From NCBI GenBank assembly GCA_943359325.1, contig CALRHD010000002.1:4629-68628 (forward strand): 64,000 bases of DNA. Direction: 5' to 3'. A program made the translations under genes and the position numbers. Source of the stretch: Candidatus Uhrbacteria bacterium (GTDB lineage: Bacteria > Patescibacteriota > Patescibacteriia > UBA9934). The notes under the pieces were generated by a model. That model was not told the origin of the DNA. It worked only from the letters and a program-made list of their open reading frames with translations, and did no database searches. How positions within the stretch are numbered: the stretch's first letter is position 1; every line of letters begins with the position of its first letter. Of the stretch, positions 39,332 to 52,547 are shown one piece after another.

Positions 39332-41083
39332 ATGTCCGAAGCAAATTTTTTAAAGAATTTCTCTAAGAAAGAGCATGCGGAGGAACGAAAGAAAAAAGCA
39401 GAAGAAATTATTGAGGCTCGGAATAGCGCACAGGAAGCAAAGGGAGAGAAGCCAGAGGTGGAGAGGGCGCACGTTGAAGGGAGCGCTGAGCTGACTGAAG
39501 CTATCGCCCGCTTGGAAAAATTAGCCACAGATATTGATGCAGGGAGAGAAAAAATAGAAAAGATGTCCAGCGAACGGTTCGGGGAAATTCGAAATTTCTT
39601 TGCATTAATGAAGGTGCGACAAGAACTCGCGAACATTGAAGGGATGCAGGCGGTGGAGACACCGACCGTTACACACCTGCGTCAACTTGTCGACGCGCAC
39701 CGCATGCAGATTGACGATTTATCAAAACGCATCGAAGATCCCGCGCATATTCTTGCAACATTTTACGAAGAAGAAAAAAAGGCGTGGCAGGAAGCGCTGA
39801 TCAGTGAACAGGATATTAAAGAACATTTTACCGCAGAGCATCTCGCAGGACTTTCCACGGAGGAATATATCCTCCTCATGAAACGGTTTCCGAACGAGAT
39901 GGTCACGCATGTGAGTCGTCGCGGCATTCGCGACCACACAGGTTTTATGTATCACTCTGCCGGCGTGGATGAATTTCACGATTCATTCGACCGTGTGCTT
40001 GAGAGTGGAAAACTTCAGTCTGCACTTGCGACAAAACTTGAGGCAGGGAAAGCGGAAGAAATGATTCGTCAGTACGTGCAGCTTGATAATGCGGATAATC
40101 GACAAGACGCCATTGCGATGCTTGACGCAGAAATGGAGAAGCAGGGTTTTGCGAGTGTTGCCGATGTCGCCGCGTTTCATGTTGCAACGGAAGATGTTGC
40201 GGACGTGTACTATGGCGCAGAGAGTCAAAATGAAGTTTTTGTTGCGCACCCCTCTGCATTGATTGCAGCAGAATATATGTTTAGTGGCTCGTTGACTGAT
40301 GCGGGCGGGGACGCGTCGCATAACGACACATGGATTTGGATGAAGGAAGAAGAGGGCATTCCTCTTGATGCGGGTTTTGTGTTTCTCCCAAAAGATACGA
40401 TGGTTGATCCGGAAACGGGTTCTCGTTATGCAACCGACGCAGAGAAGAAGCCCATTGTTGCACAGGAACGCATTGACGAATTGTTTGCGCTTGTGGGGCG
40501 AGAAGACTTTGCGAAATTTATTCTTGCGGCAGCGGAAGAGCGTCGTAATAATCCTGCGTACAAAGCATATGAGGTGCGACAAAAAATTACCGAGCAATTT
40601 GGTGTGACGAATGAGCGTCTTGCGAAAAAAATAGAAGAGTATGTAGGTGCGGAATTGGTAGAGGCGCTGTCTGGAGAGTATGCGATGAAAAAATCGCTCG
40701 AAGAGCGTACGCGAGTGACAGGTGCGATGATAGAGCGATATTTACGTGAAGAGCATCTCTATTTTAAAGAGGCAAAAAGCGCTGTTCCTGCAGAAGAGTT
40801 TTGGAATGCATATTTTGTTGCTCATCCCGAACGGAAACCAAAACACATCGTGATGTACGAAGGGGGAAGTCCTGCGGCAGCGCTTATAAAGTGGAAACAG
40901 GATAACGGTTTAACAAAGCGTGGAAAAGATCTCGGTATCGATCTTAATCGCACAAAAGAATTGCAGCAGCGTCCGGGACAGTCGACACGAGAAGTGGAAA
41001 GCGGCGAACGTTTCCGTGCTATTATCATGGCGGAGATTGACAAACGTTTTCCAGAGGAGGAAGAAATACCGCCAGATGTGTAA
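39332..41083 (+). CDS. Large hypothetical protein, N-terminal coiled coil, possible ART-like core
   Basis: 583-aa ORF; THVSRR...VLESGKLQS pattern (function speculative). Confidence 0.7.
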   Translation: MSEANFLKNFSKKEHAEERKKKAEEIIEARNSAQEAKGEKPEVERAHVEGSAELTEAIARLEKLATDIDAGREKIEKMSSERFGEIRNFFALMKVRQELANIEGMQAVETPTVTHLRQLVDAHRMQIDDLSKRIEDPAHILATFYEEEKKAWQEALISEQDIKEHFTAEHLAGLSTEEYILLMKRFPNEMVTHVSRRGIRDHTGFMYHSAGVDEFHDSFDRVLESGKLQSALATKLEAGKAEEMIRQYVQLDNADNRQDAIAMLDAEMEKQGFASVADVAAFHVATEDVADVYYGAESQNEVFVAHPSALIAAEYMFSGSLTDAGGDASHNDTWIWMKEEEGIPLDAGFVFLPKDTMVDPETGSRYATDAEKKPIVAQERIDELFALVGREDFAKFILAAAEERRNNPAYKAYEVRQKITEQFGVTNERLAKKIEEYVGAELVEALSGEYAMKKSLEERTRVTGAMIERYLREEHLYFKEAKSAVPAEEFWNAYFVAHPERKPKHIVMYEGGSPAAALIKWKQDNGLTKRGKDLGIDLNRTKELQQRPGQSTREVESGERFRAIIMAEIDKRFPEEEEIPPDV

Positions 41084-41091
41084 CGCGTACT

Positions 41092-42069
41092 ATGTCTCAT
41101 ATCGCTATCAAGAATTTACGTAAAGTTTTTACGACTACACTACGTAATCCCGAGAAGGGATTTTGGGGCAATTTTTTTCGTCCTGAAAAGAAGGCGATAA
41201 TTGCGGTTGACGATATTTCTTTTTCGATTGAAAAGGGCGAGCGCGTCGCATTTATTGGCCCGAACGGTGCAGGAAAGTCGACGACAATTAAAATGCTTGC
41301 GGGTATTTTGCAGCCAACGAGCGGGAGCATGATGGTGTGCGGACTGAACCCGACGACAGAACGTCGCACGCTTGCAGCAAAAGTCGGCACATTGTTTGGC
41401 CAGCGTTCGCAGCTGTTGCCGAATTTGCCGTTACTCGATGGGTTTGAACTTTTTGGTGCGCTGTATGGGCTCACGGCGTCGACTGTATTGCGTCGCCGTA
41501 AAGAGCTTATGGGGCGGTTCAGTCTTGAAGACTTTGCGACGCAACCTGTGCGCAAACTTTCGCTTGGTCAACGCATGCGTGCCGAAGTCGCCGTGTCGCT
41601 TTTGCATAAACCAGAAGTATTGTTTCTCGACGAACCAACGATTGGTCTCGATGTTGTTGCGAAGCGGGCACTTCGCGAAACGTTGCTCGAATATAATCGC
41701 GACGAAGGCGTGACAATTTTGCTCACGTCGCACGACCCATCGGACGTCGAAGCCTTGTGTCCGCGAACGATTGTTATTAACCACGGCCGCCTCGTGATTG
41801 ACGCACGAACGGACGAATTACGCAGTCGTTATTTTACAACGAAGCATGTGGCGTTCGACTTGCCCGTAGGTGAGGCGCCGCATGTCGTCGAAGGGCTGCA
41901 AATTGTAGAGCGCGATGGCACACGTGTCGAAGCGACTATTGATATCGAAAAATATGAATTGCGTGATGTACTCACTGCGCTGCTCGCCTGTCACAAAGTC
42001 AACGACCTCGACGTTGCCGACCCATCGATGAACGAGGTTATCGAAGCGATTTATGCCCACACGACATAG
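41092..42069 (+). CDS. ABC-2 type exporter ATP-binding protein
   Basis: GPNGAGKST, LSLGQRMR, LDEPTIGLD. Confidence 0.93.
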   Translation: MSHIAIKNLRKVFTTTLRNPEKGFWGNFFRPEKKAIIAVDDISFSIEKGERVAFIGPNGAGKSTTIKMLAGILQPTSGSMMVCGLNPTTERRTLAAKVGTLFGQRSQLLPNLPLLDGFELFGALYGLTASTVLRRRKELMGRFSLEDFATQPVRKLSLGQRMRAEVAVSLLHKPEVLFLDEPTIGLDVVAKRALRETLLEYNRDEGVTILLTSHDPSDVEALCPRTIVINHGRLVIDARTDELRSRYFTTKHVAFDLPVGEAPHVVEGLQIVERDGTRVEATIDIEKYELRDVLTALLACHKVNDLDVADPSMNEVIEAIYAHTT

Positions 42070-42850
42070 GGCACGCCGCTACGGAAAAATTATTGTGCTG
42101 ACGCTGCGCGAACAATACAGCCGCGCCATGTTTATGGTGCCGTGGCTATTGGCAACGTTGGTAGTGACGGGGGTGACGATGACGTTATATGCGACGGCGT
42201 ATAAGGCGACATCAATACACACGGTGTCGCTCGCTGCAGCGCTGTGGTCGCTCGGCATTGCTGCGTTGTTGCGGTTGTCATGGCGGCATCTTTCGAATGG
42301 TATCGGAGAAGACGTTGTGCAGGGAACTATTGCGCTCAAAGTTCGTTATCCGTTGCCGTATCTCGGCGTCGTTGTCGCCGACCACATCGGGCGAAGCACC
42401 CCGTGCTTTATGGCGTTGCCGTTCTTTGTGCTGTTTGCCGTTGTCATGGGTGGCGTGCCACACGTCGAAGCACCAGTGTTGTCGACGTTCCTCGGCTTGC
42501 TCCTCTTTTGTGGCGGCGCCGTGCTTTCAGGCATGGTGTACATTATGCTTGGCCTCAATGCATTTTGGATCGAGAACGCAGAACCCGTGTTGTGGATTTT
42601 CGAAAAAACAACACTTGTGCTCGGCGGGTCGGTCATTCCACTCGCGCTTCTTCCATCAACTGCTCGTAATATTATTGAATTTACTCCGTTTGCTGCAACA
42701 GGTTTTGCGGCGCGTGCGGTTAACGCCGACTTTCTCGCCGTTGCGCCAAAACTTATTATGGTGCAGGCGGTGTGGCTCATACTTTTCGGCGGACTCCTGT
42801 TCGTTATATGGCGCAAAGCAGTGAGACGACTTGATGTGAATGGGGGATGA
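42053..42850 (+). CDS. ABC-2 family permease
   Basis: Six TMs, GTIALKVRYP, LGGSVIPL, C-terminal NGG. Confidence 0.85.
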   Translation: MPTRHRARRYGKIIVLTLREQYSRAMFMVPWLLATLVVTGVTMTLYATAYKATSIHTVSLAAALWSLGIAALLRLSWRHLSNGIGEDVVQGTIALKVRYPLPYLGVVVADHIGRSTPCFMALPFFVLFAVVMGGVPHVEAPVLSTFLGLLLFCGGAVLSGMVYIMLGLNAFWIENAEPVLWIFEKTTLVLGGSVIPLALLPSTARNIIEFTPFAATGFAARAVNADFLAVAPKLIMVQAVWLILFGGLLFVIWRKAVRRLDVNGG

Positions 42851-42851
42851 C

Positions 42852-42888
42852 TATGGATAACTCTGTCCACGACTCAGTCGTGGACAGA
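42852..42888 (+). repeat. REP family 1, copy 6 (perfect stem), inside the ABC operon
   Basis: TATGGATAA-C-TCTGTCCACGACT-C-AGTCGTGGACAGA. Confidence 0.88.
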
Positions 42889-42896
42889 TAGTATTT

Positions 42897-45772
<2,876 letters not shown>

Positions 45773-45776
45773 TCAT

Positions 45777-46670
45777 ATGGAAGGACAGGAGTTTCACGAG
45801 ATCGAAAAAGATTTTAAGCGTGAGTTGGCCATTACCGCCGCGCGTCCAAGGTTGGCGCGGTTTGGATTGCTCGTGTGGTTGCTCGTCGACGTTGGCCTCA
45901 TGATCTTTTTCTTTGCGACGGTTGTTTTGTATCTCGTCAACGGCACATTTGGTGAACAGCGCGTCATCGCGACGCTCGGCAATAATGTTGCAGCGCTGCA
46001 CGACGCTGCGGCGGCACGAGCGGCAGAGCCACTTTTAGTTGGCGATGCAAAAGTGTTGACGCGGGACGTCGGTTCGTACGATTTTTACGCTACGCTCGAG
46101 AACCCGAACAGCGAATGGTACGCAACATTTTCCTACACGTTTGACGGCGTAACACCGATGACGGCAAGCATTATGCCAAGTGAACAACGTTATGTGTTTG
46201 CATTAAACGTGCAGGCCGACGCACGTCCATCGGCGACGATTGATGTGCGCGACGTTGTCTGGCACCGCGTCGATCGTCACGCCATTCCGAATACTGCGGA
46301 GTTTCTTGTCGCGCACAATAATTTTGTTGTAGAAAATGCGACGTATGCCGACACGATCACCATCGACTCTCAACATGTCGGAGACGCCTCATTCACTATT
46401 GACAATGCAACGTCGTATAGTTTTTACAACCCTACATTTTTCGTTGTGCTCGAACGTGCAGGCGGTATAGTCGGCATAAACCAACTAACGATCCCACAAT
46501 TTTTAGCGGGCGAAAGGCGTGACGTCAGTGTGCATTGGTTTGGACAAATTCCGACGACGGGTTCCGTTGTTATCATCCCCGTGATCGATTATTTCGACAC
46601 AAACAGCTATATGGATCCTCAGGGTGAGATGGGGGCGGACGTGCGAGACACATCCGAAAAAAGGCGGTAA
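45777..46670 (+). CDS. Single-TM extracytoplasmic protein with FxLYD-like beta domains
   Basis: TM near the N-terminus, ENPNSEW motif; extended -10 TGGTATACT 9 nt upstream. Confidence 0.7.
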   Translation: MEGQEFHEIEKDFKRELAITAARPRLARFGLLVWLLVDVGLMIFFFATVVLYLVNGTFGEQRVIATLGNNVAALHDAAAARAAEPLLVGDAKVLTRDVGSYDFYATLENPNSEWYATFSYTFDGVTPMTASIMPSEQRYVFALNVQADARPSATIDVRDVVWHRVDRHAIPNTAEFLVAHNNFVVENATYADTITIDSQHVGDASFTIDNATSYSFYNPTFFVVLERAGGIVGINQLTIPQFLAGERRDVSVHWFGQIPTTGSVVIIPVIDYFDTNSYMDPQGEMGADVRDTSEKRR

Positions 46671-46681
46671 GCTGATGTTGT

Positions 46682-47782
46682 ATGCAGTCGCTTTTGCGGT
46701 TTCTCCAGCGTTTTGATTGGAAGTTGCTTGTTGCCGCGTTTGTCTTGTTTGTTTTTGGTATTGCGGCGATGTACTCCGTGGAGTTATCGCACGGGACGGG
46801 CACATTTGTGCTTTTGCGCAAGCAGTGCATTGCGCTTTTGCTCGGCATCGTACTCGCGACGGCTATCGCGCGAACGAACTATCAAATTTTTCGTAACTAC
46901 GGGAAGGGGCTGTACATGCTCGGTATTGTGCTGCTGATTGCCGTTCTCGTATTTGGTGCAGAGTACAATGGTGCACGCGGGTGGTTCGTACTTGGCGGCT
47001 TTGCGTTTCAACCGATTGAGTTCATGAAGCTCGGGCTTGTGTGTCAGTTGGCGCGATATTTTGGCGAGCATGCTGCGCGACGTTTTGGTTGGCGCGACTT
47101 TGCAAAGAGTGGCGTCATGACTGCGGTGCCGATTGGTCTCGCTATGTTGCAGCCAGACTTGGGCGGTGCAACATTGCTCGCAGGCATTTGGCTTGTCATG
47201 GTATTTTCTGCAGGAGCACGGTGGCAGCATTTTGGTGCGCTCGTGTTGGCGGGTGTCGCGGTTGCGCTTTTGGGATGGTTTTTGGTGTTCCACGATTACC
47301 AGCGCGAACGCCTCGTCACTTTTCTTCACCCGTCGTCCGATCCGCTCGACACGGGCTATAACGTGACGCAAGCAACTATTGCCATTGGTGCGGGCGGCGT
47401 GTTTGGGCGAGGACTTGGTGCGGGGTCGCAAAGTCAACTACGATTTTTGCCGCAGGCGCAGGCCGACTTTGTGTTCGCAGTTATTGCCGAGGAACTAGGA
47501 TTTATCGGTGTTGTTGCAATTTTACTTTTTTTAACGATGCTCCTTGCGAGACTTCTCGGCATTGCGCGCATTTCTCACGACAGTTTCGCGGCGTTTCTTG
47601 TGCTCGGCGTTTTTGCGTCGTATGCAACGCAAGCTGCAGTCCACGTTGGCACAAACCTTGCTGTTCTTCCTGCAACCGGTGTTGCACTTCCGTTCGTGAG
47701 CTACGGCGGCACGTCGCTCGTGCTTTCTTGCGTCTTTCTCGGTATCGCAGAGAGCATTGCGGTGCGAAATGTACGGGAGTAA
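46682..47782 (+). CDS. rodA: SEDS family rod shape-determining protein RodA
   Basis: GARGW, FQPIEFMK, LQPDLG, DFVFAVIAEELG, LPFVSYGGTS. Confidence 0.92.
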   Translation: MQSLLRFLQRFDWKLLVAAFVLFVFGIAAMYSVELSHGTGTFVLLRKQCIALLLGIVLATAIARTNYQIFRNYGKGLYMLGIVLLIAVLVFGAEYNGARGWFVLGGFAFQPIEFMKLGLVCQLARYFGEHAARRFGWRDFAKSGVMTAVPIGLAMLQPDLGGATLLAGIWLVMVFSAGARWQHFGALVLAGVAVALLGWFLVFHDYQRERLVTFLHPSSDPLDTGYNVTQATIAIGAGGVFGRGLGAGSQSQLRFLPQAQADFVFAVIAEELGFIGVVAILLFLTMLLARLLGIARISHDSFAAFLVLGVFASYATQAAVHVGTNLAVLPATGVALPFVSYGGTSLVLSCVFLGIAESIAVRNVRE

Positions 47783-47805
47783 CGGTCGTGCTACACTCTA
47801 TCTAT

Positions 47806-48102
47806 ATGGATCTCTTCATGGACGGATTGCCGATGCCGAATTGCCTGTTTTGTGGTGCGTTGTATGGCATGGCGGCGAGAGAGCGTATTGGTGGGGAAAA
47901 AATGGAGGGTGAGGAGTTGCTGCATGTGACGTGCGGCGAATGCGATCGGTTTCTTGTTTTGTCGACCGTTCATACACCGACAAAAATGCTGAGTGTGGGG
48001 ATGATCACCGATTGTAATGCTGCGGATTATGCAAAGTTCCATGCAAGAAAAAAAGTCTGTATTGACGACGTTATTCGTGTGCACGAGCGACTCCGCATAT
48101 AG
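47806..48102 (+). CDS. Small Zn-ribbon protein
   Basis: CxxC...CxxC (CLFC, CGEC), IDDVIRVH tail. Confidence 0.7.
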   Translation: MDLFMDGLPMPNCLFCGALYGMAARERIGGEKMEGEELLHVTCGECDRFLVLSTVHTPTKMLSVGMITDCNAADYAKFHARKKVCIDDVIRVHERLRI

Positions 48103-48147
48103 TGTGTGTTGACAGGCTTCTGCTTTTCCTGTGAAATACTGTCCGAT

Positions 48148-48837
48148 ATGATACATACAACACTTCACGCCGAGGCTCGCACAGTCATGGGTCGCAAGAC
48201 CGACCAATTGCGTGCTGACGGCCTTTTCCCTGCGGTTATCTATGGTTTCGGTATTGAACCGACGAATGTGACCATCGACCGCAACGCATTTATTAAAACG
48301 TACGCTGCGTCAGGCGAGAGCACGGTTGTCGACCTTGATGTCGGCGGCACGGTTCATCCTGTTATTATCGTTGACGTGCAACGCAATCCGTTGAACGACT
48401 TTGTGACACATGCCGACTTCCATCGTGTCGACCTTTCAAAGAAGATCGAAGCGAAAATTCCGTTGAAGCTTATCGGTATTTCTTCGGCAGTGAAGGACAT
48501 GGGTGGAACGCTTGTGCAGTCGCTCGAAGACATTGAAGTGCTTTGTCTTCCGAATGCGCTTGTGCACGATATTACCGTCGACATTGCCGCACTCAAAACA
48601 TTTGATGATGTTATTCGCGTGGCCGATATTACCATCCCCGATGGCATCGAAGTTATTACGCCTGCAACAAACGCTGTTGCATCGGTACAGCCGCCACGCT
48701 CCGAGGCTGAAATTGCTGCGCTCGATGCTGCGGTTGACACTGACGTGAGCAAGGTCGAAGTGACAACCGAGAAGAAAGACGAACCTGCGGCAGAGGGTGA
48801 TGCGAAGGACGTAAAGAAAGATGCGAAAAAAGAGTAA
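48148..48837 (+). CDS. rplY: 50S ribosomal protein L25/Ctc
   Basis: LRADGLFPAVIYG, HADF, C-terminal beta domain. Confidence 0.95.
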   Translation: MIHTTLHAEARTVMGRKTDQLRADGLFPAVIYGFGIEPTNVTIDRNAFIKTYAASGESTVVDLDVGGTVHPVIIVDVQRNPLNDFVTHADFHRVDLSKKIEAKIPLKLIGISSAVKDMGGTLVQSLEDIEVLCLPNALVHDITVDIAALKTFDDVIRVADITIPDGIEVITPATNAVASVQPPRSEAEIAALDAAVDTDVSKVEVTTEKKDEPAAEGDAKDVKKDAKKE

Positions 48838-48841
48838 GTAC

Positions 48842-49963
48842 ATGACGCATAAAAAAGTCTCAGGGGGAGGGAAAGAGACGAAGACCCGCATGTCGGGTCT
48901 CGTCTCTTTTCTTTCACGTATAAAAAAATCTGATCGCACAACAAAAATGTTTTTTGGTTCTGTGGTGCTTGCATGTGCAGTGATGGTTGTCGTTGTTGTA
49001 GCGATTGTGACGCAGCCGCCGACATTGAACAGCACGCCAGTGGGTGTCATACCTATTTTTCGTCACCCATTAACAGGTGCAGTGATTGATGCGCCGATGC
49101 AGTCGCTTCCGCAGGTTTTTGCCGTGATGATCGAAAATTCCGCCGACGCATGGCCGCTGGCAGGACTGCAAGATGCGTTTCTCGTAATTGAAGCACCTGT
49201 TGAAGCGGGCATTCCGCGGTTCGAAGCGTTTTTCAGCGACGATGCGGCAACGGAAAAAATCGGCCCCGTGCGCTCTGCACGACCATACTACTTGGACTGG
49301 GCGTCGGAGTTCGATGCAGTATATGCACATGTCGGCGGCAGTCCTGAGGCGCTCGATCTCATCCCGTCGATGTCACTTACTGATTGCAACGAATTTTTTA
49401 ACGGCACATACTTTTACCGCTGGTCGGCGCGGTATGCACCGCACAATGTTTATACAACAATGCGTGAGCTCTTGCTGTTTGCGAACAATGCAGATCTCGA
49501 GACTCCTCACTACGACTCGTGGCAATTCAAGAGTGACGCAGCAGGTGACGATGCGCAGTCGCTTTCTCTCGACTGGTCGTCTGGGACGACGTATGACGTT
49601 GACTGGAATTATGACGCGATAACGAATGCGTATGTTCGCGATCAGCGAGGTGTGAATGTTTTTTTGGAAAAGGGTGAACAAACGAGGGCGAACAATGTTG
49701 CGGTCATGGAGAGTGATATTGAGATTGTTGATGAGATGGGCAGACGACACATTCGAACGATAGGTGAAGGGAGGGCGATGATTGCGCAGGACGGTCGGGT
49801 GATTTTTGGGACGTGGAAAAAAGCGTCCCAAGCAGAACGGCTGCGATTTTATGATGAGGCAGGGAACGAAATGATGATGAACGCGGGAAAGACGTGGGTT
49901 GAAGTTGTGTCGTCGCTTGGGCAGGTAAGAGTAACGAGTAGGCGAGTAGCTAGTAAAGAGTAG
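48842..49963 (+). CDS. DUF3048 domain-containing protein
   Basis: AVMIEN, EAGIPRF, GPVRSARPYY, HVGGS, APHNVY. Confidence 0.88.
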   Translation: MTHKKVSGGGKETKTRMSGLVSFLSRIKKSDRTTKMFFGSVVLACAVMVVVVVAIVTQPPTLNSTPVGVIPIFRHPLTGAVIDAPMQSLPQVFAVMIENSADAWPLAGLQDAFLVIEAPVEAGIPRFEAFFSDDAATEKIGPVRSARPYYLDWASEFDAVYAHVGGSPEALDLIPSMSLTDCNEFFNGTYFYRWSARYAPHNVYTTMRELLLFANNADLETPHYDSWQFKSDAAGDDAQSLSLDWSSGTTYDVDWNYDAITNAYVRDQRGVNVFLEKGEQTRANNVAVMESDIEIVDEMGRRHIRTIGEGRAMIAQDGRVIFGTWKKASQAERLRFYDEAGNEMMMNAGKTWVEVVSSLGQVRVTSRRVASKE

Positions 49964-50825
49964 CGAGGACAACGCGAGGTTTGCCAGTGAGGTCGTTGAT
50001 GACTGTTGTTGCGGCACCGGGAAAATGTTTTTTCATGAGCGACGGCGCGGAGATTTTTTGCGATGAGTCGATCTCAATGAGCACGTCGAGTTTTTGGGGG
50101 AACGCATGTCGGCGTAACATGAGTTGTGTAAAGAGCGCATCGTAGTGGTCGAGCCCATCAACGCCAGAAACGAGCGCACGTGTTGGTTCGAATATGCGGA
50201 CGTCCGCATCGAGGGCGTCGAATTGTCGTGCGGAAAGGTAGGGGAGGTTTGCGACAATCACGACGTGTTCGCCGAGTGACTCGCCGTTGCTTTCAGAAAA
50301 GAGTGGTGTAAGCAGATTGCCACCGAGGAATGCGATGAGTTCGGTGGGTGCAAGACGAATTGCGTTTGTCTTGGCGACGGCAAGGGCGTCTTCGCTTTCG
50401 TCGATTGCAACAACCGGTCGGTGCGTTTCGCACGCAAGCGTCACCGCAATTGCGCCGCTTCCTGTACCAACATCAACAATGAGCGTTGTGTTTGTGATGA
50501 CTTTTTTTGCTTCGTCGATAAGTGTCTCGGTGTCGGGGCGAGGAATAAGCGTTACGGGTGTCACGAAAAATTCGCGTCCGTAAAATTCTTTTTTGCCGAG
50601 GAGATACGCGACAGGTTCGTGTTGTGATCGGCGTTCTACGAGGCGACGAAACTGTTCCTCTTTTGGTGGCGACAACATGTCATCGCCATGTGCAAAAAGA
50701 TACGCAGTCCCTTTCTCAAGTACGAACGCCAAAAGTGTCTGTGCATCCAGTTTTGGATTCTGCACAGGGTTGAGATGTTTTTTTAATATGTCATCTGCCC
50801 ATGCGAGGGCTTCAAAAATCGTCAC
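49950..50825 (-). CDS. prmC: Release factor glutamine methyltransferase PrmC
   Basis: EPVAYL, LIPRPDTE, DVGTGSG, ANLPY; probable GTG start just after the prfA stop. Confidence 0.93.
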   Translation of the reverse strand: MTIFEALAWADDILKKHLNPVQNPKLDAQTLLAFVLEKGTAYLFAHGDDMLSPPKEEQFRRLVERRSQHEPVAYLLGKKEFYGREFFVTPVTLIPRPDTETLIDEAKKVITNTTLIVDVGTGSGAIAVTLACETHRPVVAIDESEDALAVAKTNAIRLAPTELIAFLGGNLLTPLFSESNGESLGEHVVIVANLPYLSARQFDALDADVRIFEPTRALVSGVDGLDHYDALFTQLMLRRHAFPQKLDVLIEIDSSQKISAPSLMKKHFPGAATTVINDLTGKPRVVLATLY

Positions 50826-50826
50826 A

Positions 50827-51915
50827 TTACTCCTCGTCATCTTCGCTTACCGACGCCGCCAGTTTTCCGTCGCGTTCTGCCAGACGTAACGTCGTGATGA
50901 CGTCGTCTATATCGCCATCGAGAATGCCGGGCAGGTTATGCCAGCTTTGGCCGACGCGGTGATCGGTGACGCGGTCCTGTGGAAAATTGTATGTGCGAAT
51001 TTTCTCGCTGCGGTCACCGCTTCCGATTTGACTGCGACGTTCTGCGGTCAGTGCCGCATTCTTTTTTTCTTCCTCGTACGCACACACACGCGCGCGCATG
51101 ACGTCCATCGCCTTTGCCTTGTTTTGTGACTGCGAACGTTCGTCTTGGCAGTACACGGTAATACCTGTCGGAATATGTACCATGCGAATGGCGGAGTACG
51201 TCGTGTTGACTGACTGTCCGCCTGCGCCCGTTGACGTTGTCGCTTCAATCGTGAGGTCTTGCGGGTTCAGCGTGAAGTCGCTTTCTTCGATTTTCGGCAA
51301 CACGGCAACGGTAATCGTCGACGTGTGAATGCGTCCGGCTTTCTCTGTTGACGGCACGCGCTGCACACGGTGGACGCCTGATTCGTATTTCATTGTGCCA
51401 TACGAACCAAGACCGACGACTTCAAAAATGATTTCTTTGAATCCACCGAGGTCGTTTTGACTCTGTGACACGAGCGATATTTTCCAGCCATGACTTTCTG
51501 CGAAGTGTGTGTACATGCGGAATAAATCTGCAGCAAAGAGCGCGGCTTCGTCGCCACCTGCGCCTGCACGAATTTCGATAATTGCGTCGTTGTCGTCACG
51601 AGGGTCGCGAGGAAGGAGCGCGAGTTCGAGGGCGTTTTCCGCGGCAGGGAGTTTTTGCGCGATGTCGTCGAGTTCGGTTTGTGCCATTGTGCGAACGTCG
51701 ACGTCGCTATCGGCAAGCGCAGCAGTTGCGCCAGTTTGATCGCGCAATAATGTTTCGTGGAGTTCAGCCGCATCAAGTGTGCGCTTCAGTTGCTGGAATG
51801 CAATGTTCGTTTCGCGTAGTTTTTTTTGATTACCAAAAATCGCAGGGTCGGCGAGATCCTGTTCGAGTTGCTGAAACGTCTTTCGTTTTTCGTCGATGAT
51901 TTTTTTGTAGTCCAT
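50827..51915 (-). CDS. prfA: Peptide chain release factor 1
   Basis: [17 protein letters not shown] (PxT), [15 protein letters not shown]. Confidence 0.97.
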   Translation of the reverse strand: MDYKKIIDEKRKTFQQLEQDLADPAIFGNQKKLRETNIAFQQLKRTLDAAELHETLLRDQTGATAALADSDVDVRTMAQTELDDIAQKLPAAENALELALLPRDPRDDNDAIIEIRAGAGGDEAALFAADLFRMYTHFAESHGWKISLVSQSQNDLGGFKEIIFEVVGLGSYGTMKYESGVHRVQRVPSTEKAGRIHTSTITVAVLPKIEESDFTLNPQDLTIEATTSTGAGGQSVNTTYSAIRMVHIPTGITVYCQDERSQSQNKAKAMDVMRARVCAYEEEKKNAALTAERRSQIGSGDRSEKIRTYNFPQDRVTDHRVGQSWHNLPGILDGDIDDVITTLRLAERDGKLAASVSEDDEE

Positions 51916-51932
51916 ATTTTATGTTGTACATG

Positions 51933-52069
51933 GCTTTTCCTGCATGGCATGCTCCACTCCTTGTTCAGCCCCGCAGCCGCAGTCCGTACAGCAAGGCCTC
52001 GGCTTACGCCGGCCACGGACTGACGGGCGGTGCCGAACGACGTCGCAAAGCATGCCATGCAGAAAGAGC
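51933..52069. repeat. Palindromic element family 2, copy B
   Basis: Same core as copy A, different outer stem CTGCATGGCATGCT/AGCATGCCATGCAG. Confidence 0.9.
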
Positions 52070-52099
52070 GTTACGCCCAGTGTATCCGAACTTCGTGCG

Positions 52100-52137
52100 A
52101 AACAAAAACACCCACGCGCTGTGCACGGGGTGCTTTG
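52100..52137 (-). terminator. Intrinsic terminator after rpmE
   Basis: Minus strand GCACCCCGTGCACAGCGCGTGGGTGTTTTTGTTT. Confidence 0.65.
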
Positions 52138-52143
52138 CTGTAG

Positions 52144-52437
52144 CTATTTTTCGGTGGAGGTCTTTTTTGCGGCGCGGGCCTTGGCGCGCGTTGCCTCCTT
52201 TTTCGCTTTGTCGGCGCTCGTAAGCACTGTTGCCGACTTCTTTTCGGTGCGACCAGTGAACTTTTCAACGCGGCGAGCGCTGTCAATAATCTTCTGCTTG
52301 CCCGTAAAGAACGGGTGGCATGCGGCACACAACTCAATATCGATGCGTTCGTTTACCGAACCCGTCGTGTACGTTGCGCCACAGGCACAGACGATTTTTG
52401 CTTCTGGGAAATAGGTGGGGTGGATACCAGACTTCAT
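52144..52437 (-). CDS. rpmE: 50S ribosomal protein L31 (Zn-binding type)
   Basis: [26 protein letters not shown], basic tail. Confidence 0.97.
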   Translation of the reverse strand: MKSGIHPTYFPEAKIVCACGATYTTGSVNERIDIELCAACHPFFTGKQKIIDSARRVEKFTGRTEKKSATVLTSADKAKKEATRAKARAAKKTSTEK

Positions 52438-52547
52438 AGTCGAAGGTAGACGCCGCTATGATACGGGGTCGATGATTTATGGGCAGAAAGTTATCAGTGA
52501 GGGGCGTTTTTGTCAAACGTCAGCAAGATTGCTACGCTCTCACCATT

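Noticed and set aside
51921-52414. ORFs 51921-52223 and 51944-52414, and the 60018 extension of enolase, as real proteins
   Set aside because: They are translations of the repeat core or antisense to rpmE; eno has its own SD at 60147.
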